Below, in pieces: positions 54,917-63,119 of a stretch of DNA of 64,000 nucleotides. This stretch comes from Myxococcales bacterium (lineage in GTDB: Bacteria; Myxococcota_A; UBA9042; JABWCM01; BTVJ01), in assembly GCA_045863395.1 (NCBI GenBank), contig BTVJ01000011.1:32001-96000 (forward strand), given 5' to 3'. Position 1 is the stretch's first letter; each line of letters starts with the position of its first letter. Below the pieces are notes generated by a model. It saw nothing but the letters and a program-made list of their open reading frames with translations, was not told the DNA's origin and ran no database searches. The position numbers were made by a program, and so were the translations under genes.

Positions 54917-57484
54917 CTACAGCTTGAACAGCCGCTTGCCGACGGGCCCCCGCGCCCGTGGCGGGACCTTGCCCCCCTCGTCGTCCTCCTCGTAGGCGTG
55001 AGCCGTCCGCGCCTTCTCCTTGTCCGTGTAGCGGAAGATGCCGTCTTGGGCGTCCCGGGCCGCGCACACCTCGAAGTCGAAGAGGTTGTCGGGGAGGCCG
55101 CCGTTCAGCGCCAGGACGCCGATGGGGATGCGGAAGTGGGCCGTGGCCCGCGGGTTCTGCATCACCGCCTCGTCGACGTGGTAGACCAGCGCGTAGGAGT
55201 TCGCGGGCCAGTAGCCCTCGTCGGTGAGCGCCCAGCAGGCGTCGATGAGGTTCTGCGCCGTCGGCTGGTAGTGGCCGCTCAGGTTGCTGATCTCGATGAT
55301 GTGTCCGTCGCGCACCTTCAGGGTGCCGGCGCACAGGGCGTCCTCCCCCGACAGGAACGACGAGTGCTGGAACACGCCGCGCTGCTCCCGCGAGGGGAAG
55401 CACCGGGCGTAGAGGTCGCCGTCCGCGCTCATGGCGTAGAGCGCGGTGTTCGGCGGGTCTCCGGCCGCCGTGGTCATGGTGTCGACGGGCGCCTTGGTCT
55501 TCGTCCACAGGAGCTTGTCGGCGGTCACCGTGACGGCGTACTCCGCCTGCTTCTGGCGGTCCGAGTACTCGAGCTTCTTCAGCGGCTCCGGGGTGCCGCG
55601 CCGGCCCTGCTGCGGCTTCGTCATGCGCTCGTTGATCGAGTCGATGTCCTCCTCCCGCAGGCCTGACAAGAGCTTGCGCAGCGCATAGAGGTCGTGGGCG
55701 TCGTCGCTCTCGTTGGGCGACAGCTCGATGGAGCCGAGCCAGCCCTCCTTGGCCCGCTGGTAGAGGTCCGCGCCCGTGATGGCGACGCCGCCGGGCTTCG
55801 CCGCCCGCTCGAAGCGCAGGCCCCGGTGGACGCGCGCCATGCCGAGGCCCTGCTTGGGGGCCACCTTCTGCGCCAGCTCCTGCGCGGCGGCCTTCTCGCG
55901 CGCGATGCGCTCCTTCGCGTTCTCCACCAGGTCCAGGACCGCCTGCACCTTGGCGCTGCGCACGAGCGTCGCCTCGACGCCCTCCTTCAGGTTCTGCTTG
56001 CGCTCCTTCTTGGTCACCTTGGTCGACTTCTTGCCCGCGTACTCCTCGCCCACGTCGATGATGGTCTGGAGCAGCTCGTAGCGCTGCCGCAGCATCTGCT
56101 TCTGGGTCTTGTGGTATGTGTCGAGCGCCTCGTGGATGCGCACCAGCGGGTGCTTCTTCGTCGGGTGGCGCAAGGCCCAGCCGACGCGCGCCTTGTCCAC
56201 CTTGCAGATCGCCGCGAACTTCGCCGCCGGCATCAGCGCCACGTTGAAGGGGTTGTCCTGGCTGCCGACGGACGGCGCCTTCTTCTGGCGGACGTAGATC
56301 TCTGCCAGCTCCCAGAACATGGCCACCCGCTCCCTGCACGCCGCGACCGCCCCCTGGCGCCACAGGTTGGCGAGCGGCTCGTTCTGCACCATCTCGGTGT
56401 CGAACTCCGAGGTCCCCCACCGCTCCTTCTTGCGGAGCTCCCGCGTCTTGATCAGCTCGTACTCGGTGTTGGCCTCGAGCTGGCGCTCGGCCCGCAGCCG
56501 CGCCACGTCGTCGAGCGTGTTGAACAGGAACATGGCCACCCGGAGCGACATGTGGTCGGCCTCGACCAGCCCCAGGATCTGCTCCCGCGTCGTCAGGCCC
56601 GGCAGCTCGTAGTACTGCGCCAGGGCCGCCACGATCATGTGGACCGGGCGGTAGAGCTGGGCCTTGACGTTGACGATGGGGTCGTCGCTGTCCGGCAGGG
56701 CCCACCCTTCTTCGAGGAAGTGCTTGTCCCTCTTCGCGAGGTGGCGCTCCAGCTCGGCGAGGGCCGCGTCACGGCTCTGGCGCTTGCCCATGGACATGAA
56801 GCCGTGGCAGGACTCCTCGTACTCCTGGGCCAGCTCCTGGTCCCCGGCGAGGAAGCGGCTCTGCAGCGCCGCCAGCATGTGGTGGTCGCCCGCGCTGCTC
56901 TTGGTGCGCACCTTGTCCAGGATGTGCGCCGGCGTGCCCAGGATCATCATGGGCGACAGGCCGCCCGGGCAGAACTTGAACTGGCTCGAGTCGCCGCCGG
57001 ACTCCCAGAGCACCTGCTGCATGCGGATCGCCAGGTCCTGGAACCACTTGATGGTCGCCGGGTCGTCGTTCTCCAGGACCCACAGGGCGTCGATGTCGGA
57101 GAACGTCACCGCCTCGCGCCGCGCGATGGACCCGCACACCAGGAAGGCCCAGCGCGCCGGAGGCTTGCCGGCGCCGGCCATCACGCGCTTGACCATGCGC
57201 TTGATGGTCTCCTCCGCCTTCTCCGTGATCTCCCGCTGGAGCTGCCCGCCGGTCTTGCCCCGGGTGCCGATGAGGGTCCGCACGGTGTTGAGCCGGCGCT
57301 CGTTGTCCTTCATCTGCTTCTGGACGAGCACGGCCTTCTCGGGGTCGTGCTTCTGCAGCTCGGAGACCTGCCACCGGAGCTGCTTGCAGGTGTCGCAGAG
57401 CGTGCCCGTGACCTTGTCGTCCGCGAGGTCGGGCTGCGGCCCGTGGCACGCGCCGTCGGGGTGGATGCCGAAGCAGATGGCCAT
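54917..57484 (-). CDS. Multidomain protein: Cys/His Zn-ribbon, DUF294-type nucleotidyltransferase with substrate-binding domain, and C-terminal HSSF..SGHYxP toxin-like domain
   Basis: C.GIH...C...CDTC; GSIARRE....SDID, FCPGG, VNVK...YRP; HSSFLSG...CAG.LKV..G.I..ISNLSGHYQP; GGAGGTGAGG RBS. Confidence 0.75.
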   Translation of the reverse strand: MAICFGIHPDGACHGPQPDLADDKVTGTLCDTCKQLRWQVSELQKHDPEKAVLVQKQMKDNERRLNTVRTLIGTRGKTGGQLQREITEKAEETIKRMVKRVMAGAGKPPARWAFLVCGSIARREAVTFSDIDALWVLENDDPATIKWFQDLAIRMQQVLWESGGDSSQFKFCPGGLSPMMILGTPAHILDKVRTKSSAGDHHMLAALQSRFLAGDQELAQEYEESCHGFMSMGKRQSRDAALAELERHLAKRDKHFLEEGWALPDSDDPIVNVKAQLYRPVHMIVAALAQYYELPGLTTREQILGLVEADHMSLRVAMFLFNTLDDVARLRAERQLEANTEYELIKTRELRKKERWGTSEFDTEMVQNEPLANLWRQGAVAACRERVAMFWELAEIYVRQKKAPSVGSQDNPFNVALMPAAKFAAICKVDKARVGWALRHPTKKHPLVRIHEALDTYHKTQKQMLRQRYELLQTIIDVGEEYAGKKSTKVTKKERKQNLKEGVEATLVRSAKVQAVLDLVENAKERIAREKAAAQELAQKVAPKQGLGMARVHRGLRFERAAKPGGVAITGADLYQRAKEGWLGSIELSPNESDDAHDLYALRKLLSGLREEDIDSINERMTKPQQGRRGTPEPLKKLEYSDRQKQAEYAVTVTADKLLWTKTKAPVDTMTTAAGDPPNTALYAMSADGDLYARCFPSREQRGVFQHSSFLSGEDALCAGTLKVRDGHIIEISNLSGHYQPTAQNLIDACWALTDEGYWPANSYALVYHVDEAVMQNPRATAHFRIPIGVLALNGGLPDNLFDFEVCAARDAQDGIFRYTDKEKARTAHAYEEDDEGGKVPPRARGPVGKRLFKL

Positions 57485-57720
57485 GACCTCACCTCCGGTC
57501 GTGGTTCGTGGGGCGCCGCCGCCCGGTCGCGGTGGATGTGGAGGCACGCTAGGCGAAGAAGCGCGGGGCCGTCAATCCCCGTGAGCGCACGGGGCGGTCC
57601 GCCGTGGTGGTGTGCGGCGCGGCCGACCGAGGACGCTGATCGGGGTCCGCAGGGACGCGGTCCGGCGCGCACTGCGCAGGGTCATGTGCCTGAATTTTCG
57701 GGATGAATCGCGCGAGCGCG

Positions 57721-57750
57721 TTGACAGCTTTTCGGGCGTGGCGGTATCGT
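57721..57750 (+). promoter_or_regulatory. Candidate sigma70 promoter of the T6SS operon (TTGACA-N18-TATCGT)
   Basis: Perfect -35 hexamer in the 400-bp divergent intergenic region, about 140 bp before the sheath small-subunit gene. Confidence 0.5.
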
Positions 57751-57886
57751 CGCGCCGCTTCTTCACCAGCTCTGATGGCCAATGGACCGGGCGCGACCCG
57801 GTCGACCCGCGAAGATGGTCGCGGCGGAGCTGCGAGGCGCCCGAGGAAGCCGAGGCCATTCTTCACCAACGCACGGGAGACCCCCC

Positions 57887-58402
57887 ATGGCGATTCAGGA
57901 CGAAGTACCCAAGTCCCGACTGACCCTCCGCTACAAGACCGAGATCAACGGCCAGCCCGAGGACGTCCAGCTCCCGCTGCGCCTCTCCGTCCTCGGCGAC
58001 TTCTCGGGCGGGACGTCCAAGGACCGCAAGGTCGACCTGGAGGAGCGCCGCATGCGCAGCATGGACGGGCGCAACACCGACGCCGTGATGAAGGACATGG
58101 GGATCTCCATGTCCTTCGCCGTCCCGAACCGCATCGACCCGGACACGGCGGAGGAGGTCCAGGTGGATCTCGCCATCGACGGCATGAAGTCGTTCTCCCC
58201 CGACCAGGTGGCCCACCACGTCCCCAAGCTGAACGGGCTCCTGACGCTCAAGAAGCTGCTGGAGGAGGTGGTCTCCAACGTGGACAACCGCAAGGAGTTC
58301 CGGCGCCTCCTCGGCGACCTCATGTCCGACCAGGCGGCGCTGGCGAACCTGATCGGCGAGCTCAAGGGCTTCGAGGGCTTCAAGCTGCCTCCGAAGGCCT
58401 GA
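57887..58402 (+). CDS. tssB: T6SS contractile sheath small subunit, IglA-like
   Basis: PKSRL.L.Y.T, LP.R..VLGDFS.G.SKDRK, VPN, F.PD.VA..VP.L..LL. Confidence 0.95.
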   Translation: MAIQDEVPKSRLTLRYKTEINGQPEDVQLPLRLSVLGDFSGGTSKDRKVDLEERRMRSMDGRNTDAVMKDMGISMSFAVPNRIDPDTAEEVQVDLAIDGMKSFSPDQVAHHVPKLNGLLTLKKLLEEVVSNVDNRKEFRRLLGDLMSDQAALANLIGELKGFEGFKLPPKA

Positions 58403-58523
58403 TGTCCTGGATTTCTGGCGGTCTCGGCGCCCTGTGGTTTGTCCAGGGCGGCGGCGCCGTCCGCAGAACGTCTGAATGAACGCATGAGGGCCCGCGCGGC
58501 CCCTGGCAGGCTTGGAGGAAGCA

Positions 58524-60023
58524 ATGAGCGGCGAGACGACGACGGACACCAGGACAGAGCAGGCCATCGACCTCAAGCGGTTCCTGTCCAGCATGCGGCT
58601 GGAGGGGGAGGTCGGCACCCCGACGCCCATGGTGGCGGGCGGGTTCGAGACCGTGCGCGAGGACGTGAGCGAGAAGGACCGGTTCATCTCCGGCCTCGCC
58701 GCGTTCCTGATGAACGTGGACACCTCGGTGGGGCGCCTGGACAAGGCGAACATCCTGGACCTGCTGGGCCGCATCGACTCCATGGTCAATGCCCAGGTCA
58801 ACGAGATCATCCACCACCCGAAGTTCAAGGCGCTGGAGTCGAGCTGGCGGTCGCTCAACGACCTGATCCAGAACACGAACTTCAAGGCCAACATCATGAT
58901 CGACGTGCTGGACGTCGGAAAGGACGAGCTCCTCGAGGACTTCGAGGCCAACGCCGTCGACATCACCGGCAGCGCCCTGTTCAAGAAGGTCTACATCAGC
59001 GAGTACGACCAGTACGGCGGCAAGCCCTACGGCACCATGGTGGGCCTGTACGAGTTCGAGCACACGCCGCGGGACGAGTTCTGGCTCAAGACCATGGGCA
59101 AGGTGGCCGCCGCGAGCCACGCGCCCTTCGTCGGCGCCGTGTCGCCCAAGTTCTTCGGCTGCGAGTCGGCGGAGGAGCTGACGGCCATCAAGGACCTGGA
59201 GGGCCTGCTCAACCACCCGAAGTACGGCTCCTGGAACAAGCTGCGCGACTCGGAGGAGGCGGCCTACCTGGCGCTCACGCTGCCGCGGTACGTGGCGCGC
59301 CTGCCCTACGACCCGGAGCGCAACCCGGCCGGCGACTTCCCGTTCAAGGAGGAGGTCCGCGGCAACAACAACGACGACTTCCTCTGGGGGAGCGCCGCCA
59401 TCCTCTTCGCCCAGAACCTGGTCCGCTCCTTCGAGCAGTCCGGGTGGTGCCAGTACATCCGCGGGCCGAAGGGCGGCGGGCTCGTCAGCGGCCTGCCGGT
59501 GCACACCTTCAACCTGCGCGGCGAGGAGGAGATGAAGATCCCGGTGGAGATCGCGATCCCCGACTACCGGGAGCTCGAGTTCGCCAACGCCGGGTTCATC
59601 CCGCTGGTCTACCGCAAGGGCACCGCGGACGCCTGCTTCTTCAGCGCCCAGTCCATCAAGCGCGCCAAGAAGTTCAAGGACCCGAAGGACTCTCAGAACG
59701 CCCAGCTCGTCACGAACCTGTCCTACACGCTGTCCATCACGCGCATCGCCCACTACGTGAAGTCCATCATGCGGGACAACATCGGCAGCTCGGCGGACGC
59801 GGCCTACATCAAGAACTCGCTGGAGAGCTGGATCTACCAGTACGTGACGACCGTCGTGAACCCGGACGACCTCACCTTGCGCTTCTACCCGTTCAAGGCC
59901 GCCAGCGTGGAGGTCACGGAGCGCGAGGGGATGATCGGCTGGTACGACTGCAACCTGTCGGTGCTCCCGCACATCCAGTTCGAGGGGATGGACGTGGAGC
60001 TGCGCATGGACACCCGGCTGTAG
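58524..60023 (+). CDS. tssC: T6SS contractile sheath large subunit, IglB-like
   Basis: F.ALE.SWR, FKKVY..EYDQYGG.PYG, SHAPF, YIRG..GGG, ACFFSAQS, RIAHY.K...RD.IG, YPF, PHIQFEGM. Confidence 0.96.
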   Translation: MSGETTTDTRTEQAIDLKRFLSSMRLEGEVGTPTPMVAGGFETVREDVSEKDRFISGLAAFLMNVDTSVGRLDKANILDLLGRIDSMVNAQVNEIIHHPKFKALESSWRSLNDLIQNTNFKANIMIDVLDVGKDELLEDFEANAVDITGSALFKKVYISEYDQYGGKPYGTMVGLYEFEHTPRDEFWLKTMGKVAAASHAPFVGAVSPKFFGCESAEELTAIKDLEGLLNHPKYGSWNKLRDSEEAAYLALTLPRYVARLPYDPERNPAGDFPFKEEVRGNNNDDFLWGSAAILFAQNLVRSFEQSGWCQYIRGPKGGGLVSGLPVHTFNLRGEEEMKIPVEIAIPDYRELEFANAGFIPLVYRKGTADACFFSAQSIKRAKKFKDPKDSQNAQLVTNLSYTLSITRIAHYVKSIMRDNIGSSADAAYIKNSLESWIYQYVTTVVNPDDLTLRFYPFKAASVEVTEREGMIGWYDCNLSVLPHIQFEGMDVELRMDTRL

Positions 60024-60112
60024 TGCGGAGTGCGGCGGGGGCCCAGCTCCGGCTCCCCCGACCTCCATGGGTTCGGTGCCACGCAGGGGGGCAAGTCTCG
60101 GTCAACCATCCA

Positions 60113-60139
60113 GGGCGGCGGTCGGGTGGACCGCCGCCC
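60113..60139 (+). other. Perfect 11-bp GC-rich hairpin in the leader of the tube gene
   Basis: GGGCGGCGGTC-gggtg-GACCGCCGCCC. Confidence 0.6.
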
Positions 60140-60176
60140 GGAGGAATCCACCTTCCACCCAGCAGGAGACCACACC

Positions 60177-60746
60177 ATGGCAGTGTCCAGCTATAACGCC
60201 AGCGTCCGTCAGGGGTTCAACTTCGAGAAGGACTCGCAGGTCTGCGTCGGCTTCATCAACTCCCTGAAGATCGGCGACACCGCGATGACGTCCGACCTCA
60301 GCGTGACGGACCCGGAGAACGTCACCGCGACGATCAAGGTGTTCGGCGTCGTCTCCAGCATGTTCTGGCAGGGCGGCTACACGGACCCCGTCCAGACCGC
60401 CTGCCAGGTCAGCAACGACAGCAAGAACAAGATCGCGACGCTCGTCCACAGCACGCTGTCGAACACCGAGGTGGAGATCGAGTTCACGGTCTATGACTAC
60501 GACCCGAAGAACAAGAAGTACTTCAAGGCCTTCCACTGCAACGCAACCAAGCTGAAGGGTCTGGTCGCCAAGTCCGGTGGCGAGCTGCACATGGCCATCG
60601 ACAACGACGCCTCCTACGAGGTCGCGTCGCCCAAGAACTTCGCGTTCAACCTCGGCGTGATGCCGCAGGACTCTGCGCAGCAGATCCACGTCGCGGTGTC
60701 TCTGACCGACAAGTTCGCCAAGGCCTGGGGCCTGCAGGTCGGCTGA
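60177..60746 (+). CDS. iglC: IglC-like T6SS inner tube protein (Hcp equivalent)
   Basis: 189 aa, beta-rich, directly after the sheath genes, AGGAG RBS; lacks canonical Hcp motifs; GFINSLKIG and C-terminal VAVS.TDK.AK.WG resemble Francisella IglC as I recall it. Confidence 0.7.
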   Translation: MAVSSYNASVRQGFNFEKDSQVCVGFINSLKIGDTAMTSDLSVTDPENVTATIKVFGVVSSMFWQGGYTDPVQTACQVSNDSKNKIATLVHSTLSNTEVEIEFTVYDYDPKNKKYFKAFHCNATKLKGLVAKSGGELHMAIDNDASYEVASPKNFAFNLGVMPQDSAQQIHVAVSLTDKFAKAWGLQVG

Positions 60747-60885
60747 CCCAACGGGGGGCGGTCGCGCGCCCGCGCCGCCCCCGTCATCGCTGTGCCCCTC
60801 CTGCCGCGTCTCGCGGGAGGGGCCTCCCACGCGCCCAGGGTCGCCCTCGCGGTCCATGCGCGGCCCCATCACCAACCGGCGGCAC

Positions 60886-62124
60886 ATGACGGGCAAGCTC
60901 GCGCGCGTTCAGTGGAAGATGGGGCAGACGCTGCTGCCCGAGCACTTCATCGCGCAGGAGGACTCGCTCCTGGCGGACGTGTCTCTGCGGTATCGCATCC
61001 GGGGGCTGCCGTCCTATGGGGTGGCCGCGCTGAAGTGGAACCCGACGCTGATCGCGGAGGGGGTGCTCTCCGTGAGCGCCATGACCGCGGTCATGCCGTC
61101 GGGGCTGCTCATCGACGTGCCGGGCAACGCATCCATCTCGCCGCTGAACCTGAATGTGCCCGGAAAGCCCCAGATCGCAGCGTACCTCCACGTGCTGGAA
61201 GGAGGCGGCGACGCGGGCACCTCGGGCGGCTTCGACATGGACGCCTCTGTGCCCCGGGTGACCCACACCCTGACCCTGTCCTGCGACCCCACCTGCCCTG
61301 GCGCCATCGAGAGCCTGAAGCTGGCGGAGCTGCGCAAGGGCCCCGACGGGCTGTGGGGACCGTCCGACAAGTACGTGCCGCCGCTGCTCCAGGTGGGCAC
61401 CTCGCCGTTCTTGATGGCGGAGCTGGACGAGCTGGCCCCGGCGCTGGACGTGTTCCAGTACAAGCTGGCCATGGACTCGGCCAGCTACCTGAGCGGCGCG
61501 GCCCTCTACCTGCTGCGGGGGTCGTTGCGCAGCGTCTACCGCATGCAGCGGCTCATCGCGAACCTGAAGGGGCAGGTGCACCTGCACCCCTACCTGGTCT
61601 ACGAGGAGCTCAAGGACTTCTACATCGAGGTCTGCTTCTACCGGGGGGCGGCCCCGCGGGACGCGGCGGCGCCATACCAGCACGACAACCTGGCGTCCTG
61701 CTTCAAGAAGGTGCTGGACCCGCTGCGGGAGCAGATGCAGCTCGCCGAGGTCCAGTCGCCGTACCAGCCCTTCATGCTGCGCGACGGCATCCAGCGCATC
61801 GAGCTGCCGGGGGACGTGCAGCAGGCGCGGGAGGTCTACTTCCTGATCCAGAAGCGGGAGATGCAGCGGAGCGTGTCGCTCGGGGAGCTCAAGCTGGCGA
61901 GCCCCTCGCGCCTGTCCATGGTGCACAAGCTCGCGCTGGAGGGCATCCCGCTGCGCAAGACTGACCGCCCGGCCATCGCCCACTCCTTCGGGCCGGAGGT
62001 GGAGTTCTACCAGCTCGGACAGGGCGTGGAGTGGGACCACGCGGTGCGGGAGGACGCCGTGGCCTTCTACCACCGGCCCGACTATGACGGGCTCGAGTTC
62101 TACCTGTACTGGAACCGCGGCTGA
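60886..62124 (+). CDS. tssK: T6SS baseplate subunit TssK (IglD-like)
   Basis: VQWKMGQTLLPEHF..Q, YG...L, G.L........MPSG.LIDVPGN, YVPPLL, HP..VYE.L, YQHD.L..CF. Confidence 0.9.
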   Translation: MTGKLARVQWKMGQTLLPEHFIAQEDSLLADVSLRYRIRGLPSYGVAALKWNPTLIAEGVLSVSAMTAVMPSGLLIDVPGNASISPLNLNVPGKPQIAAYLHVLEGGGDAGTSGGFDMDASVPRVTHTLTLSCDPTCPGAIESLKLAELRKGPDGLWGPSDKYVPPLLQVGTSPFLMAELDELAPALDVFQYKLAMDSASYLSGAALYLLRGSLRSVYRMQRLIANLKGQVHLHPYLVYEELKDFYIEVCFYRGAAPRDAAAPYQHDNLASCFKKVLDPLREQMQLAEVQSPYQPFMLRDGIQRIELPGDVQQAREVYFLIQKREMQRSVSLGELKLASPSRLSMVHKLALEGIPLRKTDRPAIAHSFGPEVEFYQLGQGVEWDHAVREDAVAFYHRPDYDGLEFYLYWNRG

Positions 62125-62501
62125 TGGCGCTGTTCGACAAGTTCGCGCCCGCGGGCGGGCCCCTCGGGCGCGCCGCCGAGGTGGAGGGGATCCTCGAGAA
62201 CCTGGAGAACGTGCTCAACACGAAGCGCGGGTGGGGCTCGCCGCTGCCGGACTTCGGCATTCGGACGCTGACGGAGTACACCTCCCGCGAGGACATCGCG
62301 CGGGCGGTCATGGTGGAGATCCGGGAGTGCATCGAGCGGTACGAGCCGCGGCTGCGGCTGGAGGCGATCACCGTGGAGGAGCGGGAGCGCGCGCCCTTCC
62401 GCCTGTCGTTCACGCTGCGGTGCGCCCTGGTGGACGGCGCCCAGCTCGTGCGGGTGAGCGTCAACACGGTGTTCGGCAGCTTCGACGTCAGCCGGGACTG
62501 A
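62124..62501 (+). CDS. tssE: T6SS baseplate subunit TssE (gp25/GPW family)
   Basis: NLE.VLNTKRG, PDFGI, I...I.RYEPRL. Confidence 0.9.
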   Translation: MALFDKFAPAGGPLGRAAEVEGILENLENVLNTKRGWGSPLPDFGIRTLTEYTSREDIARAVMVEIRECIERYEPRLRLEAITVEERERAPFRLSFTLRCALVDGAQLVRVSVNTVFGSFDVSRD

Positions 62502-62519
62502 CGGCCTGAGGGGACCACC

Positions 62520-63107
62520 ATGGCGCTGATGTGCCGGGTCGAGCTGAACAAGACCACGGGGATCACCATCACGGTGGACAACCCCGACGGCAAGATCACG
62601 CAGACGGTGACCATGGACGGCACCACCATGACCCTGACGGTCAAGGGGGAGTCGGACACCAGCACCATCACCCAGAAGGCGGACAGCATCGCCATCGCGT
62701 GCAAGACCTTCACTCTTGACGCGGAGACCGTCACGGTGAACTCCACCAAGGACACGCTGCACGAGAGCCAGGCGAAGTTCACGGTGAAGAGCGCGCAGGA
62801 CATGAGCCTCAGCACCGACGCCAAGCTGACGGCGGCGGCGACGGGGGACCTCGCCGCGAGCGGGGCGAACCTGACGGCGTCGGCGCAGCAGACCGCAGAG
62901 CTCAAGGGGACGGACGTGAAGGTCACCGGCACCAGCTCGGCCAAGGTCAAGGCGGCGCAGACCGAAGTGGCGGGCGACGCGCAGACCGACGTGAAGGGCG
63001 CCATGGTCAAGGTGGCGGCGTCCGCGACGCTGGATCTCGAGGGCCAGATGACCACGCTCAAGGGGCAGATGACCAAGGTCGAGGGGGCGCTGGTCAAGCT
63101 GGGGTAG
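62520..63107 (+). CDS. vgrG: Short spike-only VgrG (gp5 C-terminal beta-helix), Francisella-type
   Basis: 195 aa of alternating Thr/Val/Lys beta-strand repeats ending in LKG..TKVEG.LVKLG; no gp27 hub domains. Confidence 0.7.
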   Translation: MALMCRVELNKTTGITITVDNPDGKITQTVTMDGTTMTLTVKGESDTSTITQKADSIAIACKTFTLDAETVTVNSTKDTLHESQAKFTVKSAQDMSLSTDAKLTAAATGDLAASGANLTASAQQTAELKGTDVKVTGTSSAKVKAAQTEVAGDAQTDVKGAMVKVAASATLDLEGQMTTLKGQMTKVEGALVKLG

Positions 63108-63119
63108 CGGGAGACGGAC

